From: an uncultured Rickettsiales bacterium
GTDB lineage: Bacteria; Pseudomonadota; Alphaproteobacteria; Rickettsiales; JABCZZ01
Length of the DNA stretch: 40,682 nt
Direction of reading: 5' to 3'
Assembly (NCBI GenBank): GCA_964520155.1
Contig: CAZFOM010000002.1
Coordinates: 1,703 to 42,384, forward strand
Shown piece after piece: positions 7,726 to 15,198 of the stretch (positions are counted from its first letter, which is position 1; each line of letters begins with the position of its first letter). The notes beneath the pieces are model-generated. The model saw only the letters and a list, made by a program, of their open reading frames with translations, was not told the origin of the DNA and did no database searches. The position numbers and the translations under genes were made by a program.

Positions 7726-9372
7726 CTAAGCCGCTTTGGATAGCTCGCCACCCAGCGCTTTTGCAATTAAATCAATCGTTTCCTTCTTCCCATACAAGGC
7801 AATAAACGATCCCATGCGTGGGCCGGTGGGCTGGCCGAGCAGGATTTCATAAAGCGCTTTGAACCAGAGCTTGAGATCGGTAAATGCGTGGCGTTTACCG
7901 ATCTCATAGACTTCGGTTTGGAGTTCTTCTGCGGACGCGGTATCCGGTGCCGACGTGAGATAGGTAGAGAGATCTCTCAGCGCGCTACGCTCCTGCTCGG
8001 TCGGTGCGCGGTAGTTTTTCGCAGGCTTCACAAAGTCGTTGTAATAATTGACGGCGTACCCCGCGAGCTTATCAAGCATCGGACATGTGGCCGGATTCGC
8101 CTGAGGATTATAGCGCGAAATAAATCCCCACAACACCGATTTATCGGTTGGGTTACAGGCAGCGGCGATGTTGAGCAGCAGGCTAAACCGGATATTGGCT
8201 TCTGATGCCGGCGGCTGTCCGCGATGAATGTGGTAAGCAGGATTTTCAAGTAAGCTGCCAGCTGTCAGCTTTGAGCTGTCAGGTTTTTCATTTCCCGATC
8301 CTGGAAGCTGGAAGCTGGAAGCTGAAAGCTCATTATATTTCTCCAAATGCGCCTGATACTCATCCACCGCTTGCGGGATCACGTCGAAATAGAGGCGCTT
8401 CGCGGTGCGGGGTTTCTGGAACATGTAATAGGCAAGAGACTCGGTCGGGGCGTAGCGTAGCCATTCATCAATCGTGAGGCCGTTGCCTTTGGATTTGGAA
8501 ATTTTCTCGCCTTTCTCATCGAGAAATAACTCGAACATCATCTGCTGCGGCGGTTTGCCCCCAGCGATTTTGCAGATCGCATCATAGAGTTTGGCGGAGA
8601 CGAGATGATCCTTACCATACATCTCGTAATCCACGTCCAGCGCTGCCCAGCGCATCCCCATATCGGGCTTCCACTGGAGTTTGCAATGCCCGCCGGTCAC
8701 CGGCACCGTCTCGTGTGAACCGTCTTCTTCCTGATAGGTAATCGTGCCTTTTGCTGCATCATGAGAAATAACGGGCGCGAGCAGCACTTTGCCAGAACGC
8801 GGTGAGACTGGCAGGAACGGTGAATAAGTTGAGGCGCGTTCTTCCCCCAGCGTCGGCAACATCACCTGCATCACCTTGTCGTAGTTCTTGAGAATGGTGA
8901 GCAGTGCCTGATCAAATTCACCGGCTTTGTACGTCGCAGTCGAGCTTTTGAATTCATACTCGAAACCGAATTCATCGAGGAACGCGCGCAGCCGCGCATT
9001 CATGTGATGGCCGAAGCTCTCATGCGTGCCGAACGGATCGGGAATCGAGGTGAGCGGTTTGCCGATATTGGCAGCAATCATATCCGCATTCGGTAAATTC
9101 TCCGGCACCTTACGAAGCCCATCCATGTCATCGGAAAAGCAAATGAGCTTTGTTGGAAATCCTGTCATTGCCTCAAACGCGCGACGCACCATCGTCGTAC
9201 GCGCCACCTCACCAAACGTGCCGATATGCGGTAAGCCTGAGGGGCCGTAGCCGGTTTCAAACAGCACATAGCCCTTATCCGGCAACTTGCCGCCGATGCG
9301 GTCAAGTAATGCGACGGCTTCCACAAACGGCCAGGCTTTGGCGTTACGATATAGTTCGGGAGATAAAGTCAT
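7726..9372 (-). CDS. lysK: lysine--tRNA ligase, class I
   Basis: 548 aa, PSGLPHIGTFGEV (HIGH-like) and KISKSKGNG (KMSKS) motifs. Class I LysRS is typical of alphaproteobacteria. Confidence 0.95.
   Translation of the reverse strand: MTLSPELYRNAKAWPFVEAVALLDRIGGKLPDKGYVLFETGYGPSGLPHIGTFGEVARTTMVRRAFEAMTGFPTKLICFSDDMDGLRKVPENLPNADMIAANIGKPLTSIPDPFGTHESFGHHMNARLRAFLDEFGFEYEFKSSTATYKAGEFDQALLTILKNYDKVMQVMLPTLGEERASTYSPFLPVSPRSGKVLLAPVISHDAAKGTITYQEEDGSHETVPVTGGHCKLQWKPDMGMRWAALDVDYEMYGKDHLVSAKLYDAICKIAGGKPPQQMMFELFLDEKGEKISKSKGNGLTIDEWLRYAPTESLAYYMFQKPRTAKRLYFDVIPQAVDEYQAHLEKYNELSASSFQLPGSGNEKPDSSKLTAGSLLENPAYHIHRGQPPASEANIRFSLLLNIAAACNPTDKSVLWGFISRYNPQANPATCPMLDKLAGYAVNYYNDFVKPAKNYRAPTEQERSALRDLSTYLTSAPDTASAEELQTEVYEIGKRHAFTDLKLWFKALYEILLGQPTGPRMGSFIALYGKKETIDLIAKALGGELSKAA
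8253..8330. repeat. AGCT-heptad repeat element (two imperfectly complementary arms) inserted in frame in lysK
   Basis: agct[gcc]agct[gtc]agct[ttg]agct[gtc]ag, an 18-nt spacer, then ctgg a agct gga agct gga agct gaa agct. It is 78 nt = 26 codons and encodes ...LSASSFQLPGSGNEKPDSSKLTAGS.... Confidence 0.7.
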
Positions 9373-9411
9373 AGTTAGGTTGATGGTTAATGGTTGATGG
9401 TTGATGGTTTT
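9373..9411. repeat. heptanucleotide tandem repeat (TGGTTGA-type) abutting the lysK start codon
   Basis: agttag gttga tggttaa tggttga tggttga tggtttt, immediately upstream (minus-strand sense) of the lysK ATG at 9372. Confidence 0.8.
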
Positions 9412-9467
9412 TGTTCATACCAGTATTCGTCTGTCATGCTAGGATGAATCGAATGTCCCCTTAATCG

Positions 9468-9501
9468 AAGACGCGCGAATCTCTAAGACGCGCGAATCTC
9501 T
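9468..9501. repeat. perfect 17-bp tandem duplication (aagacgcgcgaatctct x2)
   Basis: 9468-9484 and 9485-9501 are identical. It lies in the AT-rich lysK / RTX-gene intergenic region. Confidence 0.9.
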
Positions 9502-9777
9502 TTTTTCATCGAACAAATGGGCTGATTGGTACCACTTTTATATTTTTAATCATTCTAAATAGTTTGGTTAACAGCCTGTATAAAAAAGCATAACATCATC
9601 ACATATATCAATTTTTCTCCTTACATTCATTTCTCAGCAGTCCATTGTTGACCCAATACTCTAACCAAATTACTCTGCGCCTCCTAATAAATTAAGTAAT
9701 TCTTAGAAAATGCGTTTCTGGAATTAACAAAAATTAAAAACACACCAACATAACACAACAACAGATGGAGAAGGACT

Positions 9778-11031
9778 ATGGCGAATATCATAGGTAGTTC
9801 AGGAAGTGATTTGCTGAACGGCACGATCAATAATGACACGATCATTGGCGGCTCCTGAGACGACTCGCTCTATGGCGGCGACGGCAACGACAGCATAAAC
9901 GGTGGTAGAGGCAGAGACCTCATCTACGCGGGATTCGGAAACGACATCATTGATGGTGGCAGCGAAGACGACGTAATTTTTGCGGAATCCGGCAATGACA
10001 CGATTGTTGGCGGCAGCGGCAATGATTTCATTTATGGAGACAGTGAAAACACGAAGCAGAATCTTGTTCTTAACGGTTCGTTTGAGATGCTGGGTTCTAG
10101 CGGCAGTGTAACGGGTTATGGTTATAGCACCCCTGTCCTTCCAGACTGGACACTCGACTCAGATCCCGCCTATGAAATGGTGAATGCCGGCTGGAATGGC
10201 ATCGCACCAAGTGATGGCACCTATTGGCTGGATATGGATGCTTCTCCGGGCAATATCAGAATATCACAGACCATCTTAGGCCCGGATGATGGCCTGTCCT
10301 ATCAACTGAGTTTTGAAGCGGCCGACTTAAATGCCGACGGCGTTTCGGCCAACAGCATTAGGGTCTACTGGGGTGGCGAATTGATAGGCTCTCTGGGTGG
10401 ATTGACCACTAACATGCTCACCTATTCGATTGAGCTAATTGGCGGCGCCGGCGATGGCTCCAACGTGCTATCGTTTGAGGCTACCGGAGATGCCGATGAT
10501 ATCGGCGCATCCCTCGACAATGTCCGCCTCTTTTCTAATGCCGATATTGATGGCAAGCATAATGATTCCATCGAAGGCGGCTCAGGCAAAGACCAAATTA
10601 CCGCTAGCGCTGGGAATGACACCGTCAATGGCGGATCCGACGACGACTTTATTAACGGCGGTACCGGCAATGATAGCCTCATGGGCGGTTCGTCCGGAGC
10701 GGATATCATCATAGGTGATTGGGGCGCTGACACGATGAACGGCGGCTCCGGAGCAGACACATTCGTCTATCGGTCGTATGAAGATTCTAACACACCAGCA
10801 CGCGACCTGATCATCGGATGGGATGCAAATGACATCTTTGATCTGGCGAACTACACTGCTTTCGACTTTGGCTTTAACAACATCGCGTTCGGCGCAGGAA
10901 GTGGAAGCACACTAGGCTACACGTATGTTTCCGGTAACACGATTATTAAAGCCGATCCATTCGTCGCGGATTTCACCATCGAACTCCAGGGCATCCACAA
11001 CCTTATCAATGCCGATTTCATCTACGTTTAA
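9778..11031 (+). pseudogene. RTX (hemolysin-type Ca2+-binding repeat) secreted protein gene interrupted by an in-frame TGA at 9856-9858; the intact downstream ORF is 10087-11031
   Basis: The ATG at 9778 is preceded by GGAGAAGG. The frame reads MANIIGSSGSDLLNGTINNDTIIGGS*DDSLYGGDGNDSINGGRGRDLIYAGFGNDIIDGG... and continues into the 10087 ORF. Central NGSFE... beta-jelly-roll-like domain. C-terminal GGxGxD repeats and a serralysin-type T1SS tail (DTFVY...D.I.G.D..D.FDL). Confidence 0.7.
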
Positions 11032-11064
11032 GACAGGCTGTATAAGTACGATTTAATGAATTAG

Positions 11065-11098
11065 GGGAGATTATCTTGATAGATAATCTCCCTTTTTT
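11065..11098 (+). terminator. rho-independent terminator of the RTX gene
   Basis: Perfect 12-bp stem gggagattatct / agataatctccc, 4-nt loop, then TTTTTT. Confidence 0.8.
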
Positions 11099-11103
11099 AT
11101 TTC

Positions 11104-11208
11104 CGTCATTGCGAGAAGCGTGAGCTCCGCGGCAATCCAAAACTTGTCTTGTCATGCCGCACTGGTTGCGGCATCCAGGGCAGACCCCGCAATAAATGCG
11201 GGGTGACA
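11104..11208. repeat. partial composite palindromic repeat element (same module order as 6619-6750, right outer arm missing)
   Basis: cgtcattgcgag..., then gtcatgccgcactggttgcggcatcc (11151-11176), then gaccccgcaataaatgcggggtgac (11184-11208). Confidence 0.75.
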
Positions 11209-11340
11209 ATTTACTTGAATACTGCGAAATAAAATGTACGATTTCAGGTAAGGTGATGTTTTTGTATCTTTAACCCGCTGACGCCATATTGCTGCGGGTA
11301 TTTTTTTGTCGTTTCATTGACAACACCCTATAATCCACTT

Positions 11341-11411
11341 AACGTGGCTTTCGAAGAGGGGCGAAGTGCGCCCAGCGAATAACAAACCTGCTGAGCGCGG
11401 GTTTTTGTTTT
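11341..11411 (+). ncRNA. candidate small RNA, unit 1 of a tandem pair
   Basis: 5' tggctttc, internal hairpin GGGCG-aagtg-CGCCC, and terminator AACCTGC-N5-GCGGGTT + U-run. A possible promoter is TTGTCG-N17-TATAAT (11306-11334). Confidence 0.25.
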
Positions 11412-11470
11412 GACTTGCTATAGAAAAAAATTAACATAGATTAACTTTGACGTCACAGCTGTATCTAAAA

Positions 11471-11545
11471 CTTGGCTTTCATTAATTGCCGTCACGAGAT
11501 TTGAGCGTTTGCTCAAATAGAACCTGCCTTTAGCGGGTTTTTTGT
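11471..11545 (+). ncRNA. candidate small RNA, unit 2 of a tandem pair
   Basis: 5' tggctttc, internal 8-bp hairpin atttgagc-gttt-gctcaaat, and the identical terminator stem AACCTGC-N5-GCGGGTT + U-run. Confidence 0.25.
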
Positions 11546-11592
11546 ACCTACTTTTTTGTAGGATTTTTTTTAACATTTAGTTCGGAGAACTG

Positions 11593-11700
11593 ATGAAGAA
11601 GCTGCTTAAGCGGCTTCGTAAAGCATTGCCTATGGTAATTGCTTTTACGAAGAACCCGCTTGTGCTGATGCTGATCAAAGAAATCTTTTTCGAAGATTAA
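11593..11700 (+). CDS. hypothetical 35-aa peptide (basic N-terminus, hydrophobic core)
   Basis: GGAGA lies 6 nt upstream of the ATG. Sequence is MKKLLKRLRKALPMVIAFTKNPLVLMLIKEIFFED, followed by a 10-bp AU-rich inverted repeat (11713-11747). There is no homology evidence. Confidence 0.2.
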   Translation: MKKLLKRLRKALPMVIAFTKNPLVLMLIKEIFFED

Positions 11701-11802
11701 TTAATCACGTCACATAAAAACCTTTTTTATTGAATATGGTTTTTATGAGGATTTGTTGCGTCTATACATTAGGATTTATCCAATAAAATAGCAACCCAAC
11801 AC

Positions 11803-11890
11803 CGTCATTGCGAGCGATAGCGAAGCAATCCAGTTCTTTCTTCATTGTTTGACTGGATTGCCGCGCTCACGTTGTTCGCTCGCAATGACG
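11803..11890. repeat. complete palindromic repeat element (cgtcattgcgagcg...aatccagt / actggatt...cgctcgcaatgacg)
   Basis: The arms are reverse complements around a T-rich loop. The element ends 2-3 nt from the GIY-YIG stop codon. Confidence 0.85.
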
Positions 11891-11892
11891 GA

Positions 11893-12183
11893 TTAGCCGG
11901 TGATTGAGTCATACAAATCCAGCCATTCCGGATTCATGGATTCAATCAACTCCAACTTCTTTTTGCGAGAACCGGCTTTAATCTGCTTTTCTCTTGTGAT
12001 GGCAGATTCCATGGTTTCGTGCATTTCGTAATATACCAATTTGTCGCAACCATATTTTTCCGTAAATCCTTTAACCAGCTTGTGTTTATGTTGGTAGACA
12101 CGGCCTACCAGATCGGAAGTGACACCCACATAGAGCGTACCGTTACGTCCACTGGCTAAAATATAAACTGCCGGATTTTTCAT
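11893..12183 (-). CDS. GIY-YIG nuclease family protein (UPF0213 / YhbQ-like, COG2827-type)
   Basis: 96 aa: VYILASGRNGTLYVGVTSDL..RV.QHK....GFT.KY....LVY.E......AI.REKQIK. Confidence 0.85.
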   Translation of the reverse strand: MKNPAVYILASGRNGTLYVGVTSDLVGRVYQHKHKLVKGFTEKYGCDKLVYYEMHETMESAITREKQIKAGSRKKKLELIESMNPEWLDLYDSITG

Positions 12184-12208
12184 ACTCTAAGTATATACAC
12201 ATTACCCT

Positions 12209-12318
12209 CCGTCATTGCGACCCCCGCGAAGGCGGGGGGAAGCAATCCAGTTCTTTCTTTTCTACAGAATTTGTTGCTTGACTGGATCGCCACGGCCTAT
12301 GGCCTCTTACCCCCGTGA
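12209..12318. repeat. palindromic repeat element, degenerate right arm, with an extra GC hairpin (ccccgcgaaggcgggg) inserted in the left arm
   Basis: ccgtcattgcga[ccccgcgaaggcgggggg]aagcaatccagttctttc...actggatcgcc.... The loop orientation matches that of 11803-11890. Confidence 0.7.
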
Positions 12319-12349
12319 CAGCCCACAACGCCTATGCTAGCTGTTTGAT

Positions 12350-13579
12350 ATGCTCAATCATCTCTGGCTCTCGTTTTTCCTGATCGCGTTTGTTTACGCC
12401 TGCGTGCAATGGCTGTTTGGCGGGAATATCGAGATTTTCTCGGTCATGGTGAAAGCCATTTTCGATTCGGCCAAACTCTCGCTCGAAATAGCCATGGGGC
12501 TGGTGGGCATTCTCTGTTTTTGGCTCGGCATGATGAAGATTGCCGAAAAAGCAGGCCTCGTGGATTCGCTCGCCCGCCTGCTCTCGCCGCTGCTGACCAG
12601 ACTCATGCCGGAAATCCCGCCGCATCATCCGGCGCTCGGTTCCATGACCATGAACATCGCCGCCAACGTGCTGGGGCTTGATAATGCGGCTACCCCGATG
12701 GGGCTCAAAGCCATGCAGCAGATGCAGGAGTTGAACCCGAGTGAGGATACTGCCAGCAACGCGCAGATCATGTTTCTGGTGATAAACGCCGCCTCCGTCA
12801 CGTTGCTTCCGGTGTCCGTATTCATGTACCGCGCGCAGATGGGTGCATCCGATCCAACGTCGGTGTTCATTCCCATTTTGATGGCGACCTGCGCATCCAC
12901 GCTAACTGGATTACTTGCGGTGGCATGGATACAAAAAATCAACCTGCTCGATAAAACGATACTCCTGTATCTCGGCAGTATCGTCGTTTTTCTCGTGGGA
13001 TTGATCGGTTTTTTTGTGACGCTGCCCAAAGAAATGCAATCCGGTTATTCATCGTTTCTTGGGAATTTCGCGCTGATCGCAATCGTGGTCTGGTTTCTGC
13101 TTACGGGGTTTATTCGCAAAGTTCCCGTGTATGAAGCCTTCATCGAAGGGGCAAAAGAAGGGTTCGAGATTGCGATCAGGATATTGCCCTATCTGGTGGC
13201 GATGCTGGTGGCGGTCGGGGTGCTACGAGCAAGCGGCGCGTTTGAACTGGTGCTGGACAGTGTTCGCTGGGTCGTGCTTGCGCTCGGCATGAATGCAGAC
13301 TTTGTGCCGGCGCTGCCCACCGCGCTGATGAAATCCTTTTCCGGTTCCAGCGCGCGCGCCATGATGATCGACACGATGCAAACGTATGGTGCGGATTCCT
13401 TCCCCGCAACCGTTGCCTCGATTATCCAAGGCTCGAGTGAAACGACCTTTTATGTGCTCACCGTCTATTTCGGCGCGGTGAATATCACAAAAGTGCGCCA
13501 TGCGATCGGATGCTCATTGCTTGCCGATCTTGCTGCCATCGTTGCCGCTATCTGGCTGGGATACTGGTTTTTTCGTTAG
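12350..13579 (+). CDS. nucleoside-recognition (Gate) domain membrane protein, SpmA/SpmB-like fusion
   Basis: 409 aa, polytopic. LGLDNAATPMGLKAMQ motif of SpmA-like proteins in the N-half and a SpmB-like C-half. Confidence 0.7.
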   Translation: MLNHLWLSFFLIAFVYACVQWLFGGNIEIFSVMVKAIFDSAKLSLEIAMGLVGILCFWLGMMKIAEKAGLVDSLARLLSPLLTRLMPEIPPHHPALGSMTMNIAANVLGLDNAATPMGLKAMQQMQELNPSEDTASNAQIMFLVINAASVTLLPVSVFMYRAQMGASDPTSVFIPILMATCASTLTGLLAVAWIQKINLLDKTILLYLGSIVVFLVGLIGFFVTLPKEMQSGYSSFLGNFALIAIVVWFLLTGFIRKVPVYEAFIEGAKEGFEIAIRILPYLVAMLVAVGVLRASGAFELVLDSVRWVVLALGMNADFVPALPTALMKSFSGSSARAMMIDTMQTYGADSFPATVASIIQGSSETTFYVLTVYFGAVNITKVRHAIGCSLLADLAAIVAAIWLGYWFFR

Positions 13580-14355
13580 TGCGTGACGGCCAGCACTTTT
13601 TCGCCTTTCAGCACTTCGGGCACCGGATCACAGTAGATATTATAGAGCATCACATTGCGCTCCACCGCTTTGTCAGTGATTTTCTCCACGCCGTGAAAAC
13701 TTTTCGGTGTCTTGAAAAACATCAGCATCGAATTGGGAATGAACGGCGCGGTGAATACGCGGTTAAATCCACCAAATCCATAGTGCGGCCCGCCATTGCA
13801 GGTGACGCTGGGATCTTTGGGGATATAAATGGACGTGCCGAGCTTCGCATATTCCCAGTCTTTCGGCATGTAAAACAAAAGTGATACCACTTTTCGGGCG
13901 CTGTCCGTATGCGGCCCGATCGAGTAATCCTCAAAATCGCGCACCAGCCGTAACTCATTCGACAATTTGAACTGGGTGTTGAACGGCGTGGAAAAGCGTT
14001 CTTTGTAGGCGGCTGAGAATTTGAACAGCACCGTACGCAGAAATCGTTCGGACATGATCCAGTTCGATAAATCGTTCCAGAACTGCACCTGACGTTCCGG
14101 CACCTCGCGCTTTGCCAAATCCGGAATATCCGTGATGTAGCGGCTTTCGTACAGAACTTCGCCTTTTTTGGTCATCACGCTACCGGTATCGGTAATCGGT
14201 TTATAGCCCGATGTGGGCGGCAGGTTCATCTGCAGATCCTGATAATAATCGTCGGGAAAAATGTTCTCCACATACACATGCGGAAACGGATACTCGCGCA
14301 GCGGTGTGTTGAGTATCTGATAAATGACGTGTTCTTCAGCGTATGAATATGACAT
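13576..14355 (-). CDS. 2OG-Fe(II) oxygenase-like (prolyl-hydroxylase/Tpa1-like) protein, function unknown
   Basis: N-terminal YPFPHVYVENIFP, a candidate HxD (GPHTD) and a distal His (SFHGVEKI). It overlaps the upstream FkbM gene by 20 nt. Confidence 0.4.
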   Translation of the reverse strand: MSYSYAEEHVIYQILNTPLREYPFPHVYVENIFPDDYYQDLQMNLPPTSGYKPITDTGSVMTKKGEVLYESRYITDIPDLAKREVPERQVQFWNDLSNWIMSERFLRTVLFKFSAAYKERFSTPFNTQFKLSNELRLVRDFEDYSIGPHTDSARKVVSLLFYMPKDWEYAKLGTSIYIPKDPSVTCNGGPHYGFGGFNRVFTAPFIPNSMLMFFKTPKSFHGVEKITDKAVERNVMLYNIYCDPVPEVLKGEKVLAVTH

Positions 14356-15127
14356 TGCCTACCCCTTTGCATGGCCCTTCCTTGCGCTGCGATTCCATCA
14401 TCTGCGCGTCGGAAAACCCAAATCCTTTTTCTTTCATCAGTTGCATGATCTCACGATGATTCGGTTCATTGGTATCCACCTCCACCAATACCGATTTCAC
14501 GTTCGGATTCGCAAGCGTTTGCACCATGCCGGAGAGTACTTTCAGCTCAATCCCATCGACATCAATTTTAATGTAGTCCGGCACCTGAACCACGCCATCC
14601 GCGATCATTTTATCCAGTGTGGTGCCGAAAGATCCCTGGCGAAAAGACTGTCGCAGCGGTCTACCAGACGCCGTCGTCGTATCCGCAAAAGAATTATATG
14701 ATCCACCGGTGATGAATTTCGATAACCACAGATTGTCCACCTTGGTCTGATCGGCAAGCGCGATGGGAAACGCCAGCACCTTGCTGTCCAACTGGTTGTA
14801 GTACAGATTGCGGTTGAGCACCGCGTAGTTTTGCGATTCCGGCTCAAACGCATACACCGTAAGGCCGCGCACCTTCGCCGCAAATACACTATATAGACCG
14901 ACATTCGCGCCGACATCCACCAGCACCTGACCAGGCTGAAACGAGGATAGCCATTCGATGGTGTCCGGCTCTTTCGTATAAAACGTATGCACTCGCCACT
15001 GGGTGCCCTGATTAGGCGTATAAAAAAACAGTGGCACCTCGCCATGCTTAAAAATGGTCAGAGGTTCCTGCGATTCGTATTTGCCGATGTCGATCGGCTG
15101 TTGGGTGTGTGCGGAAACAGTCAGCAT
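14336..15127 (-). CDS. FkbM-family SAM-dependent methyltransferase
   Basis: VLVDVGANVGLYSVFAA...AFEPESQNYAVLNRN, IDYIKIDVDGIE-type motif (PDYIKIDVDGIELKVL). Confidence 0.8.
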   Translation of the reverse strand: MLTVSAHTQQPIDIGKYESQEPLTIFKHGEVPLFFYTPNQGTQWRVHTFYTKEPDTIEWLSSFQPGQVLVDVGANVGLYSVFAAKVRGLTVYAFEPESQNYAVLNRNLYYNQLDSKVLAFPIALADQTKVDNLWLSKFITGGSYNSFADTTTASGRPLRQSFRQGSFGTTLDKMIADGVVQVPDYIKIDVDGIELKVLSGMVQTLANPNVKSVLVEVDTNEPNHREIMQLMKEKGFGFSDAQMMESQRKEGPCKGVGNVIFIR

Positions 15128-15198
15128 AATATCTCTTATGCCGTATTGTTACGACATGCGGATACAGATGCAAGCGCTATCCGCTAGGAAAAAACTGC

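Noticed and set aside
2255-9411. Heptamer arrays or palindromic elements as a CRISPR array
   Set aside because: The repeat units are 7 nt and contiguous with no spacers. The palindromic elements are dispersed single copies and not a regularly spaced array. No cas genes are present.
9856-9858. TGA in the RTX gene as evidence for an alternative genetic code (TGA=Gly or Trp) or selenocysteine
   Set aside because: TGA terminates several well-conserved genes at their expected ends (argH, btuC-like, hmgA, the response regulator). No SECIS-like hairpin follows the codon. A single GGA->TGA substitution or a sequencing error is the simpler explanation.
9570-11050. Similar words flanking the RTX gene (cagcctgtataaaaa at about 9573 and caggctgtataagta at about 11035) as insertion-site duplications
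   Set aside because: The match is only about 9-10 nt and imperfect in AT-rich sequence. That is too short to distinguish from chance without genome-wide statistics.
11018-11209. 63-aa minus-strand ORF downstream of the RTX gene
   Set aside because: It spans the RTX terminator and a palindromic repeat element, and the peptide is just the translated repeat.
11317-11334. TTGACA ... TATAAT as a textbook promoter
   Set aside because: The two hexamers are only 6 nt apart, so they cannot function together. The TATAAT is better paired with the weaker TTGTCG 17 nt upstream. Even this pairing is only a sequence match.
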